Assembly (NCBI GenBank): GCA_028023455.1 | Contig: JAQFVV010000007.1 | Coordinates: 10,912,001 to 10,976,000, forward strand | DNA length: 64,000 bases | Direction of reading: 5' to 3' | Source: Epiperipatus broadwayi | Taxonomy: Eukaryota; Animalia; Onychophora | Shown here: positions 39,781 through 53,510 of the stretch, piece by piece | How positions within the stretch are numbered: the stretch's first letter is position 1 | Layout of the letters: every line of letters begins with the position of its first letter | Program-made: the position numbers and the translations under genes | Notes under the pieces: model-generated | Database searches by the model: none | What the model was told of the DNA's origin: nothing | What the model saw: the letters and a program-made list of their open reading frames with translations, nothing else

Positions 39781-41571
39781 TCAATAATTGTTTTACCTTG
39801 TAACATTGAACACTTTGTAGTCCTTAATGAGTAGGTATACCCAAAAATTTTTTTGTAATCTTTTAACTAATAAAGGTTACTTTTGAAATATTACCTTATT
39901 TAACAGTTCTTTCAATATTAAAGGTAGGTGGGGTGTAAATAGGAATTGTGGGTAATAGTTAGGTATATTTGTTGATATATTTTTCATCCTTTGCAGTTGA
40001 GAAATATACTTTGGCAAGTAAAGAGGTTTTATCTTTGGCTACTTTTGTTTAATTTTAAGTTTGGAGTAATTTTAATTATTTTACTGACTAGTTTAGCTAT
40101 GGCGTTTAATATCTGAAAAAGAGTAAATTATCCTCACATTTAACTAATATTATTCAGTTTGCACTGGTTACAATTTTTTACAAGTTCATTATTTTTGCTT
40201 AATAAGTAAACAATACCAATATTATTACAATTTAATCTCAAAATGTATACTTTATTGCATATACATCTATGACGTCAACCTCACCACTTTAATGATTATT
40301 ATTATTTATTTATTAGACTAGATATTTTCATTTTAGCCCACAAAACACTTGAACTTTGGAGATTTCTATATCTATTATTATTATTATTATTATTGTTGTT
40401 GTTGTTGTTGTTGTTGTTATTATTAATTATTATTATTATTAAATGCAGCTACGTAAAAATCGATTCTTCCATTCTTCCCCACGTGTTACATGTTAGATGA
40501 ACTTATAGCTTTACTTTATTAAGTTTGAGGTCCCTGTAATTAAAGGCATGTAAATAATTATACATTTATATACGTACACCGATATTATATATATTTTTAA
40601 AAATAAAAAGCTTATGAATTTCTTTTTCAAGATTTAAGCATAAAGTGACACAGATGCGAAAGACGAATTCAAATATAAATGTAAATAAAAATGAGGTAAA
40701 ACAGTTATTTTTAAAATCACATTTTAAGCGCATGCCGTCAGAAAGTTGTTATAGTGGGTTAATCAAAGTTATTAAAAACTGCTGGAATAGTCAGTGAAAT
40801 ATTATTTATAATTTTATTTGTGGACGTTATGTGACAAAGTCAAATTTAATAACACAATTTTGACAAAGAAAGTAATGTTTTAGCTGCGCAAATTAATAAG
40901 ATAAAAAAGGGAACTCTTGAAAGAAAATATGATTATAGAAGCGAAAATGGATTTAAAGAAATGTTTGGAATATTACAAAAGATTATAAATAATAGAAATA
41001 TATATATATGTGATAGAAAGTTAATTTCTTTTTTTTTTACATTTAGGCTTTTTTTATATACAATAATATATATTCTATATAGTTATGATCGAAATAAGTT
41101 AAACATATAAATTAGAACTATTCAGGTATCAGAAAAAGGATAGAATAGAAGAATAGATGTACAAAAAGTGAAATTGAACATGTACATGTGGAGATTGGAG
41201 GTATAGTTTAGAAAATGTGTAAAAAATGAAATAAAATGGGGGAAAAGGAAATTGATATATGATTTTAGTAGGGATAGATAAAAGAATTTAAAGAATAAGT
41301 TAGGAGATGGAAAAATGAAGGAAACAATTATTGATTATTGTTATTATTAGTATTAAACTCTCCAATATAATTAATGCCCTGTACAACCTGCTGGGAAGGT
41401 TATAGTGTTGAACTCAAAAATCAAAAGACACAGTGTGAAAAAAAATTCAATTAAATTAAACTTTTGCTTGAATTTCAGGTTTAAACATCTGGAACATATG
41501 TGCACACACACACACACACCCATATATATATATATAATTAACCTATTTATTCAGTATACTGAATATTTACT

Positions 41572-42305
41572 ATAGTAAATAGAGAGATTTGATCTTAGGA
41601 TTTTCAGTTTATATTGCACCTCCACTCCATCTCAAACAACCAATACACATGATCACACACATGTTAAAAAGATTAATAATCCCTAACATATACATTTCAT
41701 GCAAAATAAGTAGTCATAATCTGGCTCATATGATGAGTATTGGTTTTGCAATATTTGGAAGAAACTATTGGAAGAGAAAATAAATTTTAAAACTTCTCAA
41801 CCAATAGAATTTAAATATGAGGAGAAAGAAAACGATAAAAACGATTTTAAATCTCACATGCATTCTTATGATTTGAGAAAGAGGACGCTCTGAGGAAGGT
41901 ACTTGATATTGTACTGAAATGTCAGCATTTAGCTTTTTCACTACACGGAATATCCCGCAAATAGTAATAATAATATGACATATATATATATATTAGAGAT
42001 TATTTATCTTTTTAACATACATGTGGTCATGTGTTTTGGTTATTTGAGTTGAAGTAGAAGATGAATATAGACTGAAAATCCTAACATCAAATCCCTCTAC
42101 TTACTATATAAATAGAGAAATTTGAACTTAGGGTTTTCACTCTGTATTTATGCTCTGGTCATGTGTTTTGCTTATTTGAGTTGAAGTAGAAACTGAATAT
42201 AGACTAAAAATCCAACATCAAATCCCTCTACTTACTATATAAATAGAGAAATTTGAATTTAGGGTTTTCATTCTGTATTTATGCTCCACTCCATCTCAAA
42301 CAACT
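41572..42305. repeat. Mosaic of alternating inverted 3'-end copies of a family-C-related repeat enclosing a family G copy
   Basis: 41572-41695 is the reverse complement of 41993-42112. A ~135-bp unit (plus arm and short minus arm) is then repeated in tandem to ~42305. Confidence 0.7.
41887..41926 (+). ncRNA. Type I minimal hammerhead ribozyme (family G)
   Basis: GCT-CTGAGGA-A-GGTAC-ttgatatt-GTACT-GAAA-TG-TC-AGC: core intact, stem I GCT/AGC, 5-bp stem II. Confidence 0.75.
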
Positions 42306-44333
42306 GTCATGAACTGGAAGTAGAAGCAAATGATGCAGTTCACCAAAAATCCTGGGTGTAAATCTAAAATTTCTTCTATCTGTCCACTCTTATTAAAAAA
42401 AAAAACATTTTTGATAAAAATCTCACAAAAATAAAGTATCTGCTGTAAGAAATACTAAATTCTGAAAGGGGAATAATAATTATTTATTTAGCAATAAACT
42501 TGATATGGTCAATTAAATATATGCTAGAGAAAAACAAACAAAAAAAAGAATTTAAGTTGCATCTTATGGAGTAGTTAATGCAGACTCATTTAATGTGGAA
42601 AAAATAGAATTTAATTTTGTAAGTAATTTTATAGTTTTATCAAAATATGTAAATGTAATTTTATAGAGTTTAAGTTTCTGTAAATTAAGTGTTCTCTAGA
42701 GTCTTTATGTAGGTAATGAAAGTGACAATTTTATGTAAAATATTAGATTGTGATTAAAAGGTGGGAAAAGATTAAGGCATTTGAAATTTCAGCATTGTTT
42801 TGTCTTTTGATAAAAAAAAGAATTTGAAAGCATTGATAATAGATGCTTTGATATTGAATTCTTTCAATAACTTAGAAATATATATCTACTATAAGAAGAA
42901 GTTTTGATTATTTCATGTAAGATGTTAAATCAGATGAATTTTAAATCCTATATATATATGTGGGTGTTTAATGTCATTGTTTTCAAACTTTATCCATCTT
43001 TAATGTAATAATGTTAGAATTTCAAAAATATTTTATACATATTTTATAGAAAGAAGTGTTAGAAACAAATATTATTCCAATAAGCTTTGTAGAATATGTG
43101 TGGGTGAGTAGAGCAAGCCCCAGAAGATTGGGTACTGAAGATGACAGGGGGTGCTGTGCCTCCTAGTTTATATATTAAATAATAACCTTACATGACAATA
43201 ATAACCTTACATGACAATTAAATGTTTATGAAAACAGATTAGTGCTGTCTAAACTTTGTCTAGTCATGAAACAATTAAACAAAACAACTCACTAACATTA
43301 GCAAACTAAAGTATAGAGTGGACAGTCTATTCTTATGCTTTTCAATGTTAAAGCTAAATTTTCCAAATGTGTTGAAAATTTGGATTGGAAATTAGGAAAT
43401 CATATCTAATTACACAGTAACTAAAGGCAGTTTCTCATTTTTAATAAAGTATGTATTAGTAATCAAATATAAATCAAATGATAAATACTTGAATAATAAC
43501 TTTACATAACAATTAAATACATATAAAAATAGAACAGAACTGTCCAAACTCCCTCTAGCTGTGAAATAATTAATCAAATCCATTCTGTTACATTTGATAA
43601 ATTTAATTTTATTTACATTGAAAAGTATATAGATTAAACAATACACCATATTCTTTAGTTTGCTAAACATAGAATAATGGATTTGTTCAATTATTTCACA
43701 GATAGGTGAAGTTTGGTACGTTTTTCGTTATTTTATATACATAGGAAGAGAGAGATGAAGTTGCTACTTTAAAGATAATGGATAAAGCAATTTTATACAG
43801 TGAATGAGGATGAATTAAGATTCATTTAAATCTCATGTTTGCATATATATTGTATAGTTTTAGTAGATTATTTATCAATCAATTACTTTTTTTTAAGTAT
43901 CAGTTAATCATTTACAAGTTGAAATTACTTTTATATAGAATGAATAAATGAATGTACATTTTTTAATGTATTAAACGAGAATAAACTTTCAGTTAAGACG
44001 TTACCAGGCAACCACAAATTAAAACTGGCAAAACAAGCTGAATTTTGGAAGCTAATAATTAACATTAGCACTTGTCTAAGCTATCTTAAGCTAAAAGATA
44101 GCCATGAAAAGTTCTCACAATAGGTTTAATTCTGAACATTTTTAAATCCACTAAAATATTTAATTTAAATGTGTGTATGTGTGGATTTACATAAAATGCT
44201 ATTATGTCATATTAATGAGCATATCTCTCTACCATTTTTAGAATTTAAAGTTTAAATTTAGGCAAGTAAATCTTGGAAATATATTTAGAAATGCAGGTAG
44301 CTATCCCATATCCTGTCTAGATAACTATTTACG

Positions 44334-44835
44334 TAATGGGTATTGTAAGGGACTTGAACTCAGACTTTCAAACTCCCTACAACTATTCAATCCATCTTAT
44401 ACAACGATACACATAACTACATACATGTGAAAAAGATAAATAATCTCCATTATATTTTTGTGCCAAATCAGCACTCATCACATCCACGATCTCCAACACA
44501 TATTTACAGCTATTGCTCAGTTTATATTAAGATAGCAAATCTTCAAACTTTAATGGACATTCTTCAATCTTCTCCACTCTTCAGTCATTCATGTAATTGA
44601 AAATCCAAAGATAAAATGCTCATATGAGGATGAAATGCTTAAAGCATTTCATTCTCAGATTTTCAATGATATAGATGGTGGAAGAGTTGGAGAGTGGAGA
44701 AGATTGATGTTTGTCTATTAAAGTTTGAAGATTTTCTATTTTAATGTAAACTAAGTAGTGATTGTATATATGTATTGGAGATGGGGTTCTGGACCAAATG
44801 ATGAGTTCTAGTTCAGCATGAAATATATTGGAGAT
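44334..44835. mobile_element. Family C inverted pair with a hammerhead remnant at 44793-44831 (+)
   Basis: Left arm tgtaagggacttgaactc...aattgaaaatc, right arm gattttcaatg...ggaccaaatgatgagttctagttcagcatgaaatatattgg. Confidence 0.75.
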
Positions 44836-44841
44836 CATTTA

Positions 44842-45243
44842 TGAATGGCTGCTATGAATAAGTATTGACTAAATCATTATTTAGTAATTGAGTGCCATCT
44901 ATATGATCCTTCATGTATGAATCATCAAGATAAAGATCAAGTGACTATACCTTAGACATACTTTAATGATTAAAATAAATGGCTTCCATTGATCTAACTC
45001 TCTAATCAAGATCAATGGATGCCATTTATTTTAATCATTAAAGCATGTCTAAGATATAGTCACTTGATTTTTAGTTTGATAATTCATACATGAAAGATGA
45101 TATAGGTGGTAAATGGATGCCATTTATTTTAATCATTAAAGTATGTCTAAGATATAGTCACTTGATTTTTAGGTTGATTATTTATACATGAATGATAATG
45201 CTAAATAATGATTTAGTCAATACTTATGCATAGCAGCCATTCG
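44842..45243. mobile_element. Palindromic MITE (TA-flanked, Tc1/mariner-like termini) with an internal tandem duplication
   Basis: ta|tgaatggctgctatgaataagtattgactaaatc ... gatttagtcaatacttatgcatagcagccattcg|ta. The segment atggatgccatttattttaatc... is duplicated internally. Confidence 0.65.
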
Positions 45244-45499
45244 TATATGAATATGGTCATTCCAATTCCATGAAAAGAATGAACAAAGAATGAAACTGTT
45301 CTAGAAATGAGTTTCCCAGTAGCTATACAACCAATCTGTAAACCACAAATGTATTCATATATAAAATATGTTGGTTTATTTTTCTGTTTGTTTGATATTT
45401 GGTGATGCTGCCTTTTACTTCCTTCTGCACTTCTGAAACATCTCAATAGCATGTGTAATTGTAGCTCTCCAATATATTCTAGTTCTGCCATATTTTCAC

Positions 45500-46020
45500 A
45501 ATAGATTGACATTGCAATTTTTTAGAATTTTTTGAGATGGACTTTATAATGTAGACTGGGTCTACTTCTCTCACGAAAACCATACTCACATTTCCATAAA
45601 GCACCCTTTTAGGAAATCTTGCATTGTTTCATCATATTACATATCCAGTTCAATGAAAAACATAACTTTACAACAGTGGAAACTCTAGTATCACATCTGG
45701 CATGTTGATTGGCTTTATGATCTTCCCATTGTATTGTTAAAATTTTTGTGAAACAGTCATAAATGAAACTTTTTAAATGTCTTTATATTGTGTTGACAGG
45801 ATGTCCACATTTCACTTCCATTTAATAAATTAGGTAAAATAATAGCTCTATATACAGCTAATTTAGTCACAGTAGTTATTTGCCTGTTATGGAATGCTCT
45901 ATCTTTATATTTTTTAAAAGCAGTGGCACATTGGAATCTGTGTTGCAATTTAACTTTTTTTTATTTATAAAACCAATGTTTTTAAGTTGGTTTCCACTAT
46001 CAAACTGTACCCATCCTAAT
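45500..46020 (-). mobile_element. RTE/BovB-like LINE ORF2 post-RT fragment
   Basis: QHRFQCATAFKKYKDRAFHNRQITTVTKLAVYRAIILPNLLNGSEMW matches the RTE motif TKLxVYRAxVLPTLLYGxETW. NARFPKRVLYG lies downstream. Confidence 0.8.
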
Positions 46021-46478
46021 GTTTACTGAGAATTTTTTCATCATTGGCTGATGAAAAAAACTTAGTTTTTGAACATTAATTTTTAAGACATTCAAAATAT
46101 TAAGTACATTCTATAAATCAACCTTAGAATTGACAAAAATAATACAATTAACAGCATTCTGTAAATTCAGAAACCAAGAAGTAGAAGTTATTGTTTTGCT
46201 CTTAATCAGTTCAAATTAAAATTTCCACCAATCAGATTAATAAATGGAAGACATTTACTAATTACCCATGAGTGATTAGAATCCATAATTATTAACAATT
46301 TTTTATCATGAACATTACTTGAAAAAAAAAATAGATGAGATTAAAATAATTATTTACTGCCCTCTATTTATTATTATTATTTTTGTTCTGTTCAATATAA
46401 TGTTCTTGACTTCAGCTTCCCACCTATAATGCTTTATTAAGATCATATAACCTCCTAACCAACTGACTATTATATTAG

Positions 46479-47405
46479 TTCAAACTTTTCTATATACTCT
46501 TCTCATATATGCTTCAATGCAATTTTTATATAATTTCTCCTTTATTTTTCTTACAGTTTTGACTGGCCTGCAGTCTTCATCAGAGCTACAATATTTAAAC
46601 ATATAATCATATTACCACTATTTTATATACATATTTTTTAATTATTACATTATTATTCTCAATTACATTTAATTTTAACTAATTTTACTGTTACATCTTT
46701 TAATTTATACTTATTATTTCTTATTATTTTTTTATTTTTATCCCATTCTATTTTATTTTTACTCCTAATTTATCTATTATTCTATTTTTATTCTTTTATA
46801 TCACTATACATTTTTATTTTTTTATATCCCTATATACATACTTTATTCTTTTATTAATATTTTTTATTTTATTTTTATTCCTATCTCTATTGTTATTTTA
46901 TTGGAGAATAAAATAAAAATAGAGATAGGAATAAAAATAAAATAGAAATCATTAATAAAAGAATAAAATATATGTATATAAGGATAAAATAAAGATATAG
47001 AAGAATTATAAAGAAATAATAAAAAAAATAATATAAGAAATTGAGGGAATGAAAACAAAAAGTGAAATAGTCATGGAATGAAAGTAGAATAATAGATAAA
47101 ATAGAGGAAAAATGAAATCGAATGAAAAAAAAATAACAAAATAATAAGTAATAAATAATAAGTATAAATTAAAAGATGTAAAAATAAAATTAATTAAAAT
47201 TAGATGTAATTGGAAATAATAATGTAATAATTAAAAAATATGTATATAGATATGACTATAAAATAATGGTTATATGATTATATGTTTAACTGTTGTAGCT
47301 CTGATGAAGACTTCAGGACAATTGAAACTGTAAGGAAAATAAAGGAGAAATTACATACAAATTGCATTGAAGTGTATATGAGGAGAGTATATAGAAAAGT
47401 TTGAT
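46479..47405. mobile_element. Large outward-facing foldback (family D), ~420-500-bp arms, with a hammerhead-like motif in each arm
   Basis: Centre ttattttatt-ggag-aataaaataa, outer ends tcaaacttttctatatactc / gagtatatagaaaagtttga. Cores tcatcag at 46577-46583 and ctgatga at 47301-47307. Confidence 0.8.
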
Positions 47406-48283
47406 ATATATGAATATATGAAGATAGATGCACAGAAAGTGAAAAGGTGAAGATAAGTTTAATAATACTTCATTCTATTAGTTGTTTCATTAAAGATTTA
47501 TTATGTTTGTATTTTTTTACTGTTGTTTATTATAGTTACAGATGTCTTGATCTATATGGATTTTTGATGTAGTGGTCAAGTAGCAAACTCTGAAACTAAT
47601 TGTCTTTAAATCTTGGACCAGTGCTTGAACTTTATATAAACTTCTGAGCAATAAAACCATTTGATTACTACTGTTTTTATAACTATCTTGTATGACACTT
47701 TCTCAGGTTGACTAACTGATTCAAATACCCAAAGGTTTTTTTTGTTTTAATGAAGGTCAACTTCTTCTCATACTTATATGTTGTGTACCTTTCAAAGTGA
47801 CTAACCATGTAGTTTTTTTTCTCTGATTTGTTTTGCTCAATGGTAGAATGTTAGTCTCAAGAGGTAAATATATTTTGGAGTAAAGTTTAATCTGTCATTT
47901 CTGCTGCTTGAATGTCACATAAGCAATGTCATGTGAACGTTTTTATTAACTCTTTAGGAAGTTGAATTTTGACATTATGTTATTGCATGTACTAGACAGC
48001 AAAATATTACTTTTGTATGAGTTTTGAGACCATCAATCCTATTTTCCATAAAAGATAATGTATGTGTGTGTATTTGAAAGTACTAAATGTCATGAAAATA
48101 CTTTATTATGAAGTCTTTAGTGAGTCAAATTTTGACATTATGCTAGTGTATGTACTAGATCAGTTGTGTGCAATCCTTGAGACTTGATCCCTCAGTATGT
48201 CATATAAAAATTGTTGGAGTTTGCAAAATTTTAAAGAAATTATTATTATTTTTTAAATTTAATTTTTAAAAATAGAAGAATGC

Positions 48284-48992
48284 ACACATGTAGAAAAGAT
48301 AAACAATTAACAATATACATATTTTGTGCTAAACCAGCACTCATCAGTTTGTCCAGATCATCATCTCCCACATATATATAATCAGTGCTCAGTTTATATT
48401 AAGATAGCAAATCTTCATATTTTAATGGACAGGCTTCAATCAACTCCAACTCCAACTCTTCAGCTATCCATACCATTGAAAATCTGATGATGGAGTGCCC
48501 AAATCCCATGCTGATGCCAATATTATTGTTATGCCCATGTTGACCTTCACTCTGTCCCCTCAGGTATAGGACCTTATTCATTTGAATATATAGAAGAGTG
48601 ATGGACAGAATGCAGGCTTAAATGGATAAGGTTCTATACATGAGGGCTCAGAGTGACTTGAGGTCAACATGGGCATAACAATAATATTGGCAGTAGCATG
48701 GGATTTGGGAATTCCATCATCAGATTTTCAATGGTATGGATGGTTGAAGAGTTGGAGGTTGGAGTTGATTGAAGCCTATTTATTAAAGTATGAAGATTTT
48801 TTATCTTAATATAAACTGAGCACTGATTATATATGTGGGAGATGATGATCTGGACCAACTGATGAGTGCTGATTCAGCACAAAATATGTTTATTTGTAAT
48901 TATTTATCTTTTCTACATGTGTGTGGTCATGTGTATCTGTGGTATAAGATAGTGTGGATAGTTGAAGGGTGCTTGAAAGTCTGTGTTCAAAT
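48284..48992. mobile_element. Family C foldback with ~300-bp inverted arms and hammerheads at 48310-48352 (-) and 48854-48897 (+)
   Basis: The right arm reads accaa-CTGATGA-GTGCTG-att-CAGCAC-AAAA-tatgtt-TA-tttgt, and the left arm is its reverse complement with few differences. Confidence 0.85.
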
Positions 48993-50099
48993 TAGATAAA
49001 AATCACATGAAAATAAATTGTTTTCGTATGTGTCATAATTTTTTTTCAAGAATACAATTTTCTACAAAAATTTCGCTTCGAATCGTATGTGTTTGTTTAT
49101 ATTAAGAAATATAAATTCGGATATTAATTAAATTACTATCGTTTTATTATAAATATCCTTACATATTCGAACATACCATTTTAGCATAGTAAAAACAAAC
49201 AATGGATCAAGTTTTCGCAGAGAAAGGGAATCGCAAGTGTAAAAGGCTGAGCACATCTCTAAATATTACTTTGGTATGAGATTTGAATATATCAATCTTA
49301 TTTTTCAAAAAAATTAACATATATATGTGTGCATTTGAAAGCATTGTGGCTGTGTAATTTTAACTTCACAATAACATGAAAATTCAATTTTTTGTCGCAA
49401 AACATCTTACTAATAAATAATACATTTGTAAATTTTATTGACTACTGAAAAAATTTTATAAAATATTTATAATAAATCAGATTTTATTGACTGTCTAAAT
49501 TAAATCTAATTGCATTTCGCCTATTTTTTTTTATATCAAATTATAGCGCTGTAGGTTAGAGGTTATTCCTAAAACCTTTTACCTTGTAATTTTTTTTATT
49601 TTGCTTCAATCAGTAGATTATAATGATTTTTTTTTTACTTCACTTTTTATATTATTAATAGTTGTTTTTTTAAACATGGAATTGCCTTTAGCATGTGTTG
49701 ATTTGTTAATCTTCTTTTTAAAAAGTTATATTCATACCTATTTATCATTTTAGTGTTAGACGTTTCATTAATTTGCTGTATTATTAACATTGCAAATGCG
49801 AGAAATTTTGTGCATTTACCAGACAATTATTAGAGATTGCTTTTTGGGCTTCAATAAACATATATATTTTATCTTCTACGTGAATTTATTACTATTATCT
49901 GGAGCTATGGATACAATATCTGTATGTTAATGATATTTTGATTATCTTTCAAAAGGAAATTTTATTCATAAACCATAAGAATCATTTACAAAAAGAAGGT
50001 CATTTACATATCAATCTCAAAGAAGACCAGTCAACAAAATCAGAGGTTATGCTTGTATATATAAACAAAAAACAATTAATTTCACATCAATTACATTAA

Positions 50100-51770
50100 G
50101 ACATTAGTTATCACCAGAAATTGAAGACATATAACTTCCCATTCCAGAAATCATAGTAGTGGCCCATTTACATTAATCTGATCATGTATATCACATATAT
50201 GATGGTGTTAGTCAATTCAAACACATATAAGTTTGTTTAATTTATGAACATGTGGGCAATGATTAAAACCATATTTGGCCATTTAGTCTATAGGGTTTTA
50301 TCCTATTAAGTGAAGAGCATTTCCAATGTTTCTGTGTATATTATTTAACATTTTAAATATCGAGAGATTAATCATTATGAATCATATATGAAAACCATAC
50401 ACTTTACTTATAGATCATGAGGTTAGCCAATCCAATATAGGGATTGCATTGATAAAAATTGCTTAATAGCAGGTTTTCATAGAATACGTAAGACTGAAAA
50501 TTACATGAAATATATCATAGATTCTTTACAGTAAACAAATCAGTTATCATTAAGCATTGTTAAAGCAGTCTTAATATATTTATTGGGTCATTGATTAAAA
50601 CTGATCTGTTAATCAAATGAAAGCCCTTTCCTATTATTCATCAATTAGGTGAGTAACTTTATAATGGCATATTCTAGTTCTTGGATCTCTTCCATATAAA
50701 GTTTATCTAGAATGTTTTAGGTAAATGGTTCTTTAAATTTTTTCAATATCTGTGGATTTACAACTTTATATTCTTTTCATCATCGGTATTACACTTTGTT
50801 TTAGGTTTATTAGGGACCAGGGCTGGTTGAACATCCAATTCTGAGAAAATTTTTGGTCTAATTCTTTAATTTGTTTTAGTAAGTGTAAAGACATTTTCAT
50901 CATGCCATATTCTTCTCCACTTTTGAAGATAGTCTTATTTCTCAATGACCAAATGGAAAAATTTATAAATGTTGCCAATCTTATGACCCCAAAATGTCCA
51001 CTCTTGAAGGCCTTAGTCAAATTTACACAAGCTGATTTTTTGTTTTTAATGAGAGATTTAAAAGTGTTTCTTATGCTATTCCAAATTTGACAGTCCTCCA
51101 ATATATGTGCCATTGTCTCATCACTATGCCTGCATAGTGTGCATATAGGGTCCAGATTATAATTCTTTTTACTATGTAGGAAGTCAGCGGTAGGCAAGGC
51201 CCCAAGGTTAACCTTGATTAAAAAAATCAACAAACCTCGGTTCCAATTTTAGACCTTTGGTCAACCTGGAGAACCTCGATATTCCAATCGAAAGAATATT
51301 GTCAATTTTAGTTTCTTCCAGATTCATAAGATCATATGTGTTCCAGTAATTTAGTTTGTTATTAAACATTGTTCCTGGCTTCTTCATTTTTAGATGGTTA
51401 AATACTATAGAGATTTGCTTTTGAATCCAAAGCCTTCCACTTTTGGGGTTGGCCTATCGGTAGGTGTTATTTCTTCTGGGAATATTGGCCCTTCCATATC
51501 TGGGTTTTTCATAAATAATCTGGTAAGTACATTATGAAAACACTGTATTAATAAGATTTTGACTGAGTGTAGTCCTATGCCATTCATCTGTTTAAGTTTC
51601 TATAGGAGGCGCAGGCTGATGACTGGAGCTCCCACCCCAACACAGCTTCCTACATTGGGTTTTGACATTCCTTATAAAGGCGTTCATCGGTGAGAAGCCC
51701 GCAAGGAAGTATGTAATCTTGGGGAGCATGACAGCATTCATCAGCACGATTTTCCTGAATTACCTTCCGT
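50100..51770 (-). mobile_element. Tx1/L1-clade LINE ORF2 3' fragment
   Basis: LMNAVMLPKITYFL...RKLCWGG, NGIGL, and the zf-RVT-like DPICTLCRHSDETMAHILEDC. Confidence 0.75.
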
Positions 51771-53117
51771 TTTGATTCTTTTCAAAAGGTTCATATTTTA
51801 TAAAATATTCATCGAACTTTTTAAAGTCTTATTTTTTTGGTTCTGTCTTGTGTAATATCAATAATTAGACTATTTAATTTCTAATTATTAGTCTGTTAGT
51901 ATATATGAACAATTATAGCTTTCATTTTTATATTTTTACTATTTTTTTCTCAAATATATTTATTTAGTTTTATAAAATGTTAATTGAAAACTTTTTATAT
52001 TTACTTAATTCAAATTATTTTTGTGTAACTAATTTTTTTAAATGTCAATATATATATATTTTACCGAATCTTTTACTAGTGTCTATGTTTCACATCCGTA
52101 TAGTATGCAATATTTTTTTGTTTGTTTTGCTATGAGGTAACTATTACTATTAGTTTTGAAAAAAATAGAGTAAAAGACAGAAATATGAAATGACATGGTT
52201 TGGTTATATGGGACCTACCTGTTGATTGATAATTAATGGTAATGATGATTCATAATCCACTTCATCATTCCTAAAAAAAATAGATCTCTATATAATAGTG
52301 AAATGAAATTAAAATTTCGTCTAAATTTATTTTATTTATTTTAAGATTAAATTTTTAAAAATAAATATAAGGAATATTATGTGATAATCACTACATATAT
52401 ATTTCAAGTTATAGTAATAATAGAAATTTTATCCAAATCAGAAATTTGAAATAACATCTGCATTTATTTTACCTAAGCTCTTTTTTTAAGAATATCAAAA
52501 ATTGTTTCAACTATCATGTGTTAAATATAAGATTAATGTTAAGAGTATTTGTTAGACTTGCGTCTTTTATTCTTATTAAAAAGGCAAACAAATAAATAAC
52601 CCACACTTAAAAGAAAATGTATATTAATGAATTTCTATAAACAACTAACAAATGAAAACAGCAAGATACTCTTTAATAGCCAATTCATCCATAGATCAAA
52701 ATAATCGGACTAAGTATTTTTTTTTTTTTTTTGAGGACTTGATTGTTTACAAAAAAAAAAAAAAAGATGACAAATATTAAGAAAGAAATCATTATATATA
52801 AAATATGTTTCCTGATAATGAAGTGAAGATTATATATTTTTTCTGTTTGCTTTCATAGTTTGGAGTTGCAAAACATCATATTTAATAATAAATAAATCAC
52901 AGTGGCTGTGAACCAGATAAAAAAGTTTTTAAATTTTCTTGGAAATCTTTGTCACCTTGAAACTCCACATGGATTGAAATACAAGTTACTGCCATGGTGC
53001 ATTTTCACTATTATTATACCATAAAAACATCCTTATGCAAGATTAATATAAAAAAATATCTTGAACAGTTTAGTACAGTAATAGGTACCAACATATCGAG
53101 CTCATAATTTATGAATT

Positions 53118-53510
53118 ATATATGTCATACTATTATTTCTGGGAGCTTGCATGTAATAAAAATATAACAGCTAAATAGCTGATATTTCAGTACAATAACA
53201 AATACTTTCTTCAGAGCTTCTTCTTTCTCAAATCATAAGAATGTGTGTGGTGAGATTGAAAATTATTACTTTTTTTTATTATCTCCTCATTCGTAAATTC
53301 TAATTTTTAAAACTTTTCAACCAATAGAATTTAAGAAAGAGGAGAAAATATCAAAAGAAAAAACGATTTAAAATCTCACCACACACATTGTTATGATTTG
53401 AGAAAGAAGAAGCTCTAAGAAAAGTACTTGTTATTGTACTGAAACATCAACTATTTAGCTATTATACTTTTATTACATGGAAATTCTCGGAAATAATACT
53501 ATGACATCAT
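53118..53510. mobile_element. Family G outward-facing foldback
   Basis: The arms mirror each other (tgtcatactattatttc...gagattg versus aatctcacc...gaaataatactatgaca). Homologous to 41790-41990. Confidence 0.8.
53177..53218 (-). ncRNA. Type I minimal hammerhead ribozyme (family G), best-preserved copy
   Basis: AGCT-CTGAAGA-A-AGTAT-ttgttatt-GTACT-GAAA-TA-TC-AGCT: intact core, 4-bp stem I, 5-bp stem II, palindromic ATAT stem III, AUC cleavage triplet. Confidence 0.78.
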
